Origin: Chrysomallon squamiferum
Taxonomy: Eukaryota; Animalia; Mollusca
NCBI GenBank assembly: GCA_012295275.1
Contig: CM022677.1
Coordinates: 11,656,001 to 11,720,000 of the forward strand
Reading direction: 5' to 3'
Length of the DNA stretch: 64,000 nt
Part shown: positions 13,860 through 26,700 of the stretch, piece by piece
Layout: each line of letters begins with the position of its first letter
How positions within the stretch are numbered: position 1 is the stretch's first letter
Position numbers and translations under genes: made by a program
The notes under the pieces: generated by a model
Database searches by the model: none
The model's input: the letters and a program-made list of their open reading frames with translations, nothing else
What the model was told of the DNA's origin: nothing

Positions 13860-16627
13860 GAGGTAAAGAGACGTACGTGATAGAGAAAGGTAAGACGTAC
13901 GAGAAGACGAAAAAAAAGAGAAATACGATAGAGATAGAGATAGAGACGATAGTGAAAGATAAAAAAGTTAGAGACGTACGTGATAGAGGTAAAAAGGTAG
14001 AGACGTACGTGATAGAGGTAAAGGTAGAAGACGTACGTGATAGGATAAAAGACGTACAGAAACAGATGAGGTAAAGGTAAAGACGTACGTGATAGAAAAG
14101 AGATGAGATAGAGGTAAAGATAGAGTAATAGAGGTAAAGGTAAGAGACGTACGTGATAGAGGTAAAGGTAGAGAGACGTACGTGATAGAGGTAAAGGTAA
14201 AGAGACGTACGTAAGATAGAGAAAGGTAGAGAGAAAAGATAGAGTACGTGATAGAGGTAGAGACGTACGTGATAGAGGTAAAGGTAGAGAGACGTACGTG
14301 ATAGAGGTAAAGGTAGAGAGACGTACGTGATAGAGGTAAAAAGGTAGAGAGACGTACGTGATAGAGGTAAAAGAGAGACGTACGTGATAGAGGTAAGAGA
14401 CGTACGTGATAGAGGTAAAGGTAGAGACGATACGTGATAGAGGTAAAGGTAGAGAGACGTACGTGATAGAGGTAAAGGTAGAGAGACGTACGTGATAGAG
14501 GTAAAGGTAGAGAGACGTACGTGATAGAGGAGAGAGACGTACGTGATAGAGGTAAAGGGTGAGAGACGTAAAAGGTAAAGGTAAAGGTAGAGACGTACGT
14601 GATAGAGGTAAAGGTAGAGAGAGACGTACGTGATAGAGGTAAAGGTAGAGAGACGTACGTGATAGAGGTAAAGGTAGAGAGACGTACGTGATAGAGGTAA
14701 AGGTAGAGACGTACGTGATAGAGAGTAGAGACGTACGTGATAGAGGGAAAAGGTGAGAGGTAAAGGTAGAGAGACGTACGTGATAGAGGTAAAGGTAGAG
14801 AGACGTACGTGATAGAGGTAAAGGTAGAGAGACGTACGTGATAGAGGTAAAGGTAGAGAGACGTACGTGATAGAGGTAAAGGTAAAGAGACGTACGTGAT
14901 AGAGGTAAAGGTAGAGAGACGTACGTGATAGAGGTAAAGGTAGAGAGAGACGTACGTGATAGAGGTAAAGGTAGAGAGACGTACGTGATAGAGGTAAAGG
15001 TAAAGAGACGTACGTGATAGAGGTAAAGGTAGAGAGACGTACGTGATAGAGGTAAAGGAGAGACGTACGTGATAGAGGTAAAGGTAGAGAGACGTACGTG
15101 ATAGAGGTAAAGGTAGAGAGACGTACGTGATAGAGGTAAAGTAGAGACGAGACGTGACGAGGTAAAGGTAGAGAGACGTACGTGATAGAGGTAAAGGTAG
15201 AGAGACGTACGTGATAGAGGTAAAGTAGAGACGTACGATAGAGGTAAAGAGTACGTACGTATAGAGGTAAAGGTAGAGACGTACGTGATAGTGGTAAAGG
15301 TAAAGGTAGAGAGACGTACGTGATAGAGGTAAAGGTAAAGAAACGTACGTACGTGATAGAGGTAAAGTAGAGACGTACGTGATAGAGGTAAAGGTAGAGA
15401 GACGTACGTGATAGAGGTAAAGGTAAAGAGAGACGTACGTGATAGAGGTAAAGGAGAGAGAGACGGTAAAGGTGAGAGTACGTGATAAGGTAAAAGAGAC
15501 GTACGTGTACGTGAAAAGGAGAGACGTACGTGATAGAGGTAAAGGTAGAGACGTACGTGATAGAGGTAAAGGTAGAGAGACGTACGTGATAGAGGTAAAG
15601 GTAGAGACGTACGTGATAGAGGTAAAGGTAGAGAGACGTACGTGATAGAGGTAAAGGTAGAGAGAGACGTACGTGATAGAGGTAAAGGTAGAGAGACGTA
15701 CGTGATAGAGGTAAAGGTAGAGAGACGTACGTGATAGAGGTAAAGGTAGAGAGACGTACGTGATAGAGGTAAAGGTAGAGAGACGTACGTGATAGAGGTA
15801 AAGGTAGAGAGACGTACGTGATAGAGGTAAAGGTAGAGAGACGTACGTGATAGAGGTAAAGGTAGAGAGACGTACGTGATAGAGGTAAAGGTAGAGAGAC
15901 GTACGTGATAGAGGTAAAGGTAGAGAGACGTACGTGATAGAGGTAAAGGTAAGAGAGACGTACGTGATAGAGGTAAAGGTAGAGAGAGACGTACGTGATA
16001 GAGGTAAAGGTAGAGAGACGTACGTGATAGAGGTAAAGGTAGAGAGACGTACGTGATAGAGGTAGAGGTAAAGACGTACGTGATAGAGGTAAAGGTAAAG
16101 AGAGACGTACGTGATAGAGGTAAAGGTAGAGAGACGTACGTGATAGAGGTAAAGGTAGAGAGAGACGTACGTGATAGAGGTAAAGGTAGAGAGACGTACG
16201 TGATAGAGGTAAAGGTAGAGAGACGTACGTGATACAGGTAAAGGTAGAGTGACGTACGTGATACAGGTAAAGGTAGAGTGACGTACGTGATAGAGGTAAA
16301 GGTAGAGAGTCGTACGTGATAGAGGTAAAGGTAGAGAGAGACGTACGTGATAGAGGTAAAGGTAGAGAGACGTACGTGATAGAGGTAAAGGTAGATATAC
16401 GTACGTGATAGAGGTAAAAGCAGAGAGACGAACGTGATACAGGTAAAGGTAGAGAGACGTACGTGATAGAGGTAAAGGTAGAGAGACGTACGTGATAGAG
16501 GTAAAGGTAGAGTGACGTACATGATAGAGGCAAAGGTACAGTGAATTACTTGATAGAGGTACAGGTAGAGAGACGTACGTGATAGAGGTAAAGGTAGAGT
16601 GACGTACGTGATAGAGGTAAAGGTAGC
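13860..16627. repeat. 29-bp purine-rich satellite array (~95 copies)
   Basis: Unit gagacgtacgtgatagaggtaaaggtaga; cause of the three 900-1175 aa minus-strand ORFs. Confidence 0.98.
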
Positions 16628-17317
16628 GTGAAGCAGATTCAAATGATTGAGACAGGTAGGAGGGCTGAGGAGGCATAATGCGATAAAAGCAAACTGAAAT
16701 TCTTGTAAAACTTTTAATTATACCTCAATTCTTATGTGTTTAGTTTTACCTTGTTATTATTTTTCTTTTTCTCTTTTTCTGCTTTCTTTTTCTTTTCTTT
16801 TTTATTATTATTTTTCTCTTGACTATTTACATTTTATGAAAGTTAAATATTTTAAAGTGTAATTACTGATATTATCGAGCATGCAAAAATTAAAATAGTG
16901 AGAGGGAGGCAGAGATATAATTATTTGAAATACTGACTTGTCTTCATATATTTATAACAGTCACATACACTGTCTCTGTCTCTATAATTAGGTCTTTAGT
17001 CCATAATGCAGCAGCCATCATTAAAACAGTAAATTCATTTATACATAGGAACATTAGATGCTTATAATGCATTAGCCATTCATCCATCAGTTTATATAAG
17101 AAATGTATTTACTTTCAAAAATCCATCTGTTGACTCTATGACACATATAGCTTTAAATAATTATAATAATAATTTACTACTACTACTAATAACAACAACA
17201 ACAACAACAACAACAACAATAATAATAATAATAATAATAATAATAATTCTCTACCCTCTATTGCATAATCAAGAAGTTCTGTCTGAGTCTGTTATTGTTA
17301 TTATTATTATTATTATT

Positions 17318-17359
<42 letters not shown>

Positions 17360-18221
17360 AAATTACTATTTATCTGCATCCACATATGTAACCTTTGGAT
17401 CTATATTTAAATGAAGTGTATTAATATATGGCCTTTTTTACTTAGTCAGTTGATATAATATATTACATACATTCTGCGTGTGTTTGTGTTTGTGTATCGG
17501 AATGTACGTGCATGCGTCCCTCAAGCATGAATGCATACAGGCGCGATAGACACAATACAGCAATACGCACACAGCCACAATACATGTTTACGAGCCATAT
17601 ATATTTTTTCTAATCAATGGGAATTTTGTTCAAGCACTTTTACGAAAAAATAAATGAAATTAAAAGTATTTTCAAAAGACACACACACACACGCGCACAA
17701 TGTATGTATTTCGTGTAAAAAAAGTGTATGCGTTTGTATATCTGTATGGGTGTTTGAATGTTTCTACATATTATATAGTATGTATCTTTGAATGTATGTA
17801 TGTATGTATGTATGTATGATTCTCTGTATTGAAAATACCTTTAATGTAATTTTATTATTTCTTTGCATCTTCTTTTAAATACATGGACGAACAGTTTCAG
17901 AAAACGAGTTCACACGACACTGAATAGAGATGAGAGAAATCATAACATAATTTATTATTGACTGTTAACACATGTTCACTGCATACAAAGTATTATTACA
18001 ATTATTCTGCGTGACACAGAGGTTAATGCGAAACACAGCCATGACGTCATATTCAGAACAGGCAACTAAAGTTTCTTGGAACTAATCTGGCGCGGATGCT
18101 ATGATGTGACCATGATGGACAGAGTCATGACATTATTATTATATAACTGACACGCGACTATCTCTCAAACTGAGTTGATGGTTTTGAGTTAATCCATTGT
18201 ATTTATCTACTTAACGCCTGA

Positions 18222-18790
18222 TAATATCACGTTACTGTACAGTAATTGTTTACTTAATGTCTGCTAAATTCACGTTACTGTACAGTATTTATTTACTTAA
18301 TGTCTGTTAATATCACGTTACTGTACAGTATTTATTTGCTAATATCACGTTACTGAACAGTATTTATTTTCTTAATGTCTGTTAATATCACGTTACTGTA
18401 CAGTAATTATTTACTTAATGTCTGTTAATATCACGTTACTGTACAGTAATTATTTACTTAATGTCTGTTAATATCACGTTACTGTACAGTAATTATTTAC
18501 TTAATGTCTGCTAATATCACGTTACTGTACAGTATTTATTTACTTAATGTCTGCTAATATCACGTTACTGTACTGTATTTATTTACTTTATATTGCTAAT
18601 ATCATGGTATTTGTTTACTTAATGTTTGGTAATATCACGTAACTGTACAGTATTTATTTACATAATATTGCTAATATCACGTTACTGTACAGTATTTGTT
18701 TACTTTATATTGCTAATATCACGTTACTGTACAGTATTTATTTACATAATGTCTGGTAATATCACGTTACTATCCTGTATTTATTTACTT
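18222..18790. repeat. 43-bp minisatellite with internal palindrome tactgtacagta
   Basis: Unit atatcacgttactgtacagtaattatttacttaatgtctgtta, ~13 copies; inverted copy at ~62490-62940. Confidence 0.95.
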
Positions 18791-18894
18791 AATACTAGAG
18801 GAGATATTCTTCATATTTCACAGAATATAGTCGTCTACAGAGACAAAGAATGAAAAATAAAAATAAAAATGTTTTAACATGCCAGTTTGAATAC

Positions 18895-18980
18895 ACGATT
18901 AATCAGTAGTGTCATCTAATTTGTATATATTTTGAAGAAGAAACAGAAAAACCCTTCTAAATCTTCATAACTTGAGAGGT
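18895..18980 (-). pseudogene. Small inverted P4HA fragment
   Basis: Minus strand reads SSYEDLEG then, after a frameshift, LFLLQNIYKLDDT; same orientation and sequence as 62203-62270 (YEDLEGVAAVLFRLQDTYKLN), the P4HA N-domain motif EDLxGAAxALxRLQDTYxL. Confidence 0.7.
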
Positions 18981-19162
18981 GCGCCACTGCTAAATGACAG
19001 CTGTAATGCACATTATAATTTTTTTTTTTTTTTTTTTTTTTTTTTTCTGTATGTTGCTTTATTCTATAATTTCTATAATATAGGTAGATAGACAGACAGA
19101 CAAATAGAAAAATAGGTAGTTCCATATAATCAATGGATAACAGGAACATAACACACCAAAAG

Positions 19163-19310
<148 letters not shown>

Positions 19311-19323
19311 TTATCCCCCACCA

Positions 19324-20340
19324 GCTTAAATTAAATGCTACAAGATTAGCAGACGGTTTTATATATGAACGATATATACAGAGATTATCAGCAGAAGACT
19401 GTTATCAATTAGGTCGCCTTGCTTACAAAATGAAAAAATACAACTATGTCTATATTTGGATGGAGATAAGTCTCGAGAAACAAAGAACGGAAACAATTCA
19501 GAACGTATCTCGGATAGAATTTCATGACTATGAAATACACGGTAGAGAATTAGCGGGACAGATAGAACACGTTTTAAATTTAACAAATGAACAGTTAATG
19601 TTATATCCTGAACTAGAACGTACTCCGAAAAGAAGGAAAAAGTATTCAAGTATATCAAAACTTAGGAAAGAAAAGAGAAAAGAAAATGTCAGAGTTAAAG
19701 AAAAAACAACTTTCGATGCTCTCTGTCGTGGTGAAGACGTTATTAAAGTACGACAGAGACATCGTCTGAAATGTCGCTACCATTACAACAACAAAAGTCC
19801 GCTTCTAATTCTTAAGCCTGCTAAAGAAGAGATTCTGCATTTCTCACCGAAAATTGTTCTCTATCATGATTTTATCAGTGATGCTGCAATTGAAGACATT
19901 TAAACAGTTTCTTTGCCACTTTTACAACCATCTGAAATCAATCATTGTGGAAAAATATCAAATCTTAGAAAATAATTAACAAACATACATGTCTAGGAAG
20001 AGGTCGCATAGAAGCAGACACGATAATTCAGAAACGAATTGAAGCAATCACAGGTCTTTCAATGAAAGCTTCAGAACCACTTCAGGTGGCAAACTTCGGA
20101 ATAGGCGGGCAGTTCACGGCTCATACTGACTATTTCAACATAGCATATTCTTCCGGTGAAAACAGAAATGCCACATGGTTAAACTATTTCAGTGATGTAG
20201 AAGGAGATGCAACAGTGTTTCCTTATCTTGCTGTAAGAATACAACCTAAAGCAGGTGCAGCTATATTTTGGTATAATTTATATCGGAATGGTTCACCTAA
20301 CAAAATGACACTTCATGGAGCTTGTCCTATTATTGATTAA
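19324..20340 (+). pseudogene. P4HA: Prolyl 4-hydroxylase alpha subunit pseudogene (intronless, disrupted)
   Basis: LSAEDCYQLGRLAY, FDALCRGE, LKCRY...PLLILKPAKEE, IVLYHDFISD, EPLQVANFGIGGQFTAHTDYF, ATWLNYFSDVEG.ATVFP, AAIFWYNL, HGACP. Nonsense TAA at 19901-19903 (AAA in copy 2), later frameshift, ends before the C-terminal KWxxNKW motif. Confidence 0.92.
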
Positions 20341-21132
20341 TTTGTCGTTTGTAAATATTTTCCATAGGCATTTATTATAAAAAAAAATAAAAAATAAATA
20401 AAATATATAGTAAAAGTATTTGTTATTGGATTTTAATGATTTCTTTTATTTTTGTTTCTTATATTATTTTTTTTTTCATCCCGTCTTTCTTTCTTGGTTA
20501 ATTCCGCAGTATTTTTCAAAGATGTCTGTTTGTGTAAATGATTACTCTCATTCAAAATATAATGATTACGTCCTCTTGTCTCTCGAGTTTCTTCAAGGCC
20601 TTAGAATCATTGCAAATGCTACACTTTGCCTTTAGACATAAGATACAACGACAAACCGATATAAACATGCTTGCTCATTGTAACATCTGTTATACTAGCT
20701 AAATTATTTGTTCTTGAGATGAAAATTAAAGATCGTTTTATATTTTTAAGGATTGTTTAATTAATAAATTTTTTTAGTTACTAAAAATTTTTTTAAACAA
20801 AAACAACAAAATAATCAAATATGCTGTATGTGAATATTTATAATCATTTTTTGTTTTTTAAATTGTTATTTTTCATAGGTCCGTATGTTTAAAGTATTAA
20901 ATTTACCAGTGTCTACTTATTTCAGCCAAACGTCGATAAGTCTGTTTTGATATGCACAGCAAATTTTTATTATCAGTAGTCAATAATGGGTTACGCTGCT
21001 TGTAATAACTTAAATCATATATATATATATATATATATATATAAGCTGTCCATTGTAGATGTAAATTGTCATTACGTATATGATGCGTTAAACAATGAGG
21101 TCAACAAAGAAGTACACTTATATTAAAAACTG

Positions 21133-21252
<120 letters not shown>

Positions 21253-21533
21253 ACAGAAAACAGCTTATTACTTATTAATTCACTGAGTTAAAATAGACTG
21301 TATTAAGCAATATTTTACATTGTTTTACATAATTAAAATGTATAATAAAAATGTATAAAATTCACCACATTGAGGTAACATGCGATTTGGTATTTTCCTA
21401 ATTCATTTTTATTTTACAGAATTATCATAAATGTCAGTACTCGCTGTACATTGCATAAATTATCCTCGAACATTTCAGATGGCCGGTTTGTTGTAAGTAT
21501 ACAAACTGTATTGGTTACGTCATGAATGCATGA

Positions 21534-21608
<75 letters not shown>

Positions 21609-22310
21609 AATCTAAATGGACTGACGATACAAACTTTCGTACCACTGATTATCTTAAAATGACAAAAAAAGTTAAATCTTTTGCTGCTGTTATCGAAAGC
21701 AGCTTTTGCAATTAATGTAAAACTTGGAGGCCATGACAGAGGAGTTTGGAAAGTAATATGAAGAAAACGCAGTCGACAGTGACAACTGATAGACCATTAA
21801 CATTTGTAATAATAAAATAAATATTTCAGTTTTATGTTATTTTAATGTTTGTAAATCGGCACTGTCTAAAACGGCATCTAAGAATCATGAAGAGTTGATT
21901 TCTTTGTATATTCAGGTAATGCTACAGTATTTTTTTTCTTTCTTTCTTTATATAGTTTCAAGTACATGTTTGTAATTTAGCTTCTAAGATGTTTTGTCGT
22001 CTGCGTTTTTGGATAGTTTTAAAGGGCAGATAATCGAAAATATCTTATTAAACAATACGATGTAGAATCTTGTCACAAGACTCAACTTTATTTTGTTTGA
22101 GTAATTTAGCTGAATTTTTTTAATAATGAATAACGATCGTTCTTTTGTTGTTTTATTTAATTGCATTCATATTTTATTTTATTCTGATTATTTATATGTT
22201 TTGTTCTTTACTTAGTTTACAAGTAGTAGAAGTAGTTGTAATAACTAATACAAATAATAGCAAATAGTATTTATAGTTGAGTTTTATAAAATAGCTTACA
22301 ATACAAATCA

Positions 22311-22348
<38 letters not shown>

Positions 22349-22444
22349 ACATGCGTTTTAACGTAACAAGAGAAGTAACAACAACTTATACATGTATGTA
22401 TTATTTTATTTTTTAAATATTTAGTTTACTATCACTATTTGTGA

Positions 22445-22493
<49 letters not shown>

Positions 22494-22627
22494 TTCATTT
22501 TCGATATTTTTTTCATTAATTAGCTTTATGAATGATAAAATAGACTGAATCACAACCATTCAAAAATAACATGTTTTAATTTGGTTGCAAAATGTAATAA
22601 TTTAAAATTATTTCTTTTCTTTCCCAG

Positions 22628-23698
22628 CTAGACCAGGCGGCCTTGACCTCTCTGAAATGGGAGATAATCGAGCTGAACAACAGGTTGGCACAAGTAACAG
22701 CCGAAAGAGATCATTTAGAAAAATAACTGACTAAATGTCAGGTAAGAAATGATTTTTTTTTTTTTTTTTTTTTTTTATCCTAGCATTAGCCTGAAATTAA
22801 ATCTCCACCTGCCTTTTAATGTTGTTATTCTAAGAATATAGCCTGACTAGAAAATAACATGTTTGGCAATAACTCTTGGTGATAATTTAAAGCTACTCTG
22901 GCTATCTTCCTGGAAAAGATTTAGAAAATATTTACGTTAATCTGATGACCAAATTTAAATTTAAAAAGTTTTAATTATTATATATTTACTTTCTGCCTTA
23001 TTTGGTTATTTGTGTATTTACTTGATTATTTATTTATGAAATTTTCTTAAGCAGATACTAAATCAAAGAGTACATAAGTTCAATAAATACAGTATATACT
23101 AATTCAAATTCATAAAAAAAAGTCTGTTGTTATTTTGAATACTTAGTGAATTTAGTTTTTTAATTTACTGATAGACTGTTATATCCAAAAACCATTCAAA
23201 ACTTCAAATATTTTAGTGATTCTACGAGGAACGCGTCACTGAACTTCAGTGTGTCATTGCAGAGCTGATGAAGAAAACAGACAACACCAGATTAATGTCA
23301 TCAGGTCAATGGTCTTTATTAAATAATATTTAGTGTGAGTTTGCTGTTCTTCCCTGCTTTTAATTAATGATAAAAACAATAATATAATATATCTTGTCAC
23401 ATAATGAAACATAGTTTTGGCTTGTCATTATGTATTGTAAAATAATACCATTTGTTTGATGGTTTTTCACTGTTTTTAATGGACAAGAAAAGATTCCTGA
23501 AAACCTGAAGTTCCAGAAATGTGCGAAGATAGTTGACCAGTTTTTTCTTTCATTGTATGAGTCAAGTCAGTCATTCTTCAGATGTAAAACAACACCATTA
23601 ACTTGCTGTTCTTTACTGTGTTTAATGAAAGACTAAGAAATAATTTCTAGGAATTTGTTGAAAATACCAAATTCCAGAAAGTGTAAAGACATTTGAAC

Positions 23699-23732
<34 letters not shown>

Positions 23733-26700
23733 CATTTCTGTGTAGAGAAGAAGATGATCGGACAAAAGCGATGATGGAGGAAGTATCAACGAGAATAATG
23801 CAAATGGCTTCCAGTCTGCGAGACCTGGTTATCATTTACTTTTATATTTATTTTTTGACTGTACAGTTTTGGCTGTTTTAGATAGATGTCCAATTGTTTT
23901 AAAAGTTTATTAATTTTAATTTTAAATTATTATATAAATAGCAACATATTATAATTTGTTGGATTTTTTTAAATATTAAATTATAATAATTTTTTTTTTC
24001 TCGTTTTCTTACTGCTAGAAGGCATTAAAAAGAAAGTAACAAATAAATATATAATTAAAATTAGATATGTTTCTCATTTTCTTACTGTTAGAAGGAATGA
24101 ATGAATTAAAAAGAAAAGTTCCAAATAAATATATAGTTAAAATGAGAAAAGTAGAATTAAATTTACAAATAAAATTAAAATTTGTTCGTGTGTTGTTGTT
24201 TTTTTCTTTAATTACTAAATAACGTATACACAACATTAAAACTGAGAATAATTATAAATGTTTTCATTTTTTTTTTTGGTTGTTTTAGAAATAGGTAATG
24301 AAATAAATGCAAAAGTTTCCCGAGTTGTCACAGAACTGGAGTCAGCCATTGCAGAAAGAAAATACTTTCCTCTCCACAATGTTGATCGCAACGTCGTTCA
24401 ACGTATCAGAGAAGACGTAGAAAAAGACAACGATGAATGTCAGCTCTACAAGAACAGATAGGCAGACAGGAAATAGAACTTACACAGCTATGTAGCCATA
24501 TTGAATATATCAATGATGACAGGGAGAAGTTGAAAAGAAAGGTAACTCCGCATAAATATTAAAATAATTATATTTACATTTTTATTTGTAGGTAGAATTG
24601 AAACACAAAACTTAATTATAGAGATTGCTTTTTCCTTCAGTTATACAGTATGGCTTGTGTTAATAATTTCTGCATTAAGTCTTTCTATGAAAGAGTAACA
24701 GTTAAATTGTTAGTAACTGCATGAAATTGTTACATTCATAAAAAAGGTACTGTAAAGTTGTTAGTAAATATACTTTTTAAAAAGTTTATAGCAAAAATAG
24801 TTAAAGGATAAATTATTACATTTTTGTTTACTGCTGAAAGAGTTACAGAATAAATTGTTACATTTTTGTTACAGTTGAAAAAGCTAGAGGATAAATTGTT
24901 ACATTTTGTTAAAGTTGAAACTTACAGCTGACACAGAATAAACTGTTACATTTTGTTAAAATTGAAAGTTAGAGGAAAATTATTACATTTTTGTTATATA
25001 TATATATTATTATATATATGATTTTTTCTTTATACATCCATTTCTTTCCATTTGCTGCTTATTTGCCTATTAAAAATATTTGATAGTGTATTTATTATTT
25101 AAGTATTTATGTAATATTCTATTTATTTATTTATTTATTAATTCACAGGACCACTGCAGGCAGTGATCAGTTTTCCGTAGCTAAAATAGCAGAACTGAAG
25201 AAGCTAAAAATGTGTGCTGGAGACAGACAGATTCTTGTTGCTGAAATTACCTCCCTTGTGGTAAATCTCATTTAAAATCATTTATATGCACAGTGATGTT
25301 TCCTGTGCTGGAATGTAACTTCATTGGAAAATTACAAAATGTTTATTTTCAGTAAGTGTGTATATTAATACAGAAGTGTATTTTCTCTGTGTTTATGTTC
25401 AGTAAGTGTGTATATTAATACAGCAGTGTATTTTTATAATTTACAGTAGAAACTTAACTGATGTTTTAATTCACAAATTTGACTGGCAAAAATATGAAGG
25501 AAAAAATAGACATATTTTTCATAATTTCCAGTATGATATTTTAATTTACTAAAGTGAAAGAGTTTGAAAGTGAGTTTGAAAGACTTCAGAGAAAAATCGC
25601 CACATCAATGAATGAGGATAAGTCCTACTTGGAGAGGTTGATGGTGTTGATGGGGAAGTATGAGTCTAACAGCACAGCGCTGCAGTTGGCTATTAACTAC
25701 TCTGATCAGATGATAGAGGTGTATGAAGTGTTGTGTGTTCTGCTGGAGAGTGAGATGGGAGTTTTGTTAGCTAACTGTAGAGCTGCAGGACTTGGAAGTC
25801 TGGGTGAGTTACAACTAAAATTCTTATTTAAAAATATATTATTTCAGTAATTGCCACATAACTGAAATTCATTCATTTTTTATTCATTTTTTATTCATAT
25901 TATAATACTGAAGTGTATTTTCTCTGTGTTTATTTTCAGTAAGTGGGTATATTAATACAGAACTGTGTTTTCTCTGTGTTTATTTTCAGTAAGTGTGTAT
26001 ATTAATACAGAACTGTGTTTTCTCTGTGTTTATTTTCAGTAAGTGTGTATATTAATACAGAAGTGTATTTTCTCTGTGTTTATTTTCAGTAAGTGTGTAT
26101 ATTAATACAGAAGTGTGTTTTCTGTGTGTTTATTTTCAGTAAGTGTGTATATTAATACAGAAGTGTGTTTTCTCTGTGTTTATTTTCAGTAAGTGTGTAT
26201 ATTAATACAGAAGTGTGTTTTCTCTGTGTTTATTTTCAGTAAGTGTGTATATTAATACAGAAGTGTGTTTTCTCTGTGTTTATTTCGGAAAGTGTGTATA
26301 TTAATACAGAAGTGTGTTTTCTCTGTATTTTCAGTAAGTGTGTATATTAATACAGAAGTGTGTTTTCTCTGTGTTTATTTTCAGTAAGTGTGTATATTAA
26401 TACTGAAGTGTATTTTCTCTGAGTTTATTTTCAGTAAGTGTGTATATTAATATAGAAGTGTGTTTTCTCTGTGTTTATTTCCAGTAAGTGTGTATATTAA
26501 TACAGAACTGTGTTTTCTCTGTGTTTATTTTCAGTAAGTATGTATATTAATACAGAAGTGTATTTTCTCTGTTTATTTTCAGTAAGTGTGTATATTAATA
26601 CAGAAGTGTGTTTTCTGTGTGTTTATTTTCATTAAGTGTGTATATTAATACTGAAGTGTGTTTTCTCTGTTTTATTTTCAGTAAGTGTGTATATTAATAC

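Noticed and set aside
13860-16627. CRISPR-like 29-bp repeat array
   Set aside because: Head-to-tail repeats with no unique spacers, no cas genes, eukaryotic context.
18041-18050. CRE palindrome atgacgtcat
   Set aside because: A single short motif, expected by chance; no supporting TSS evidence.
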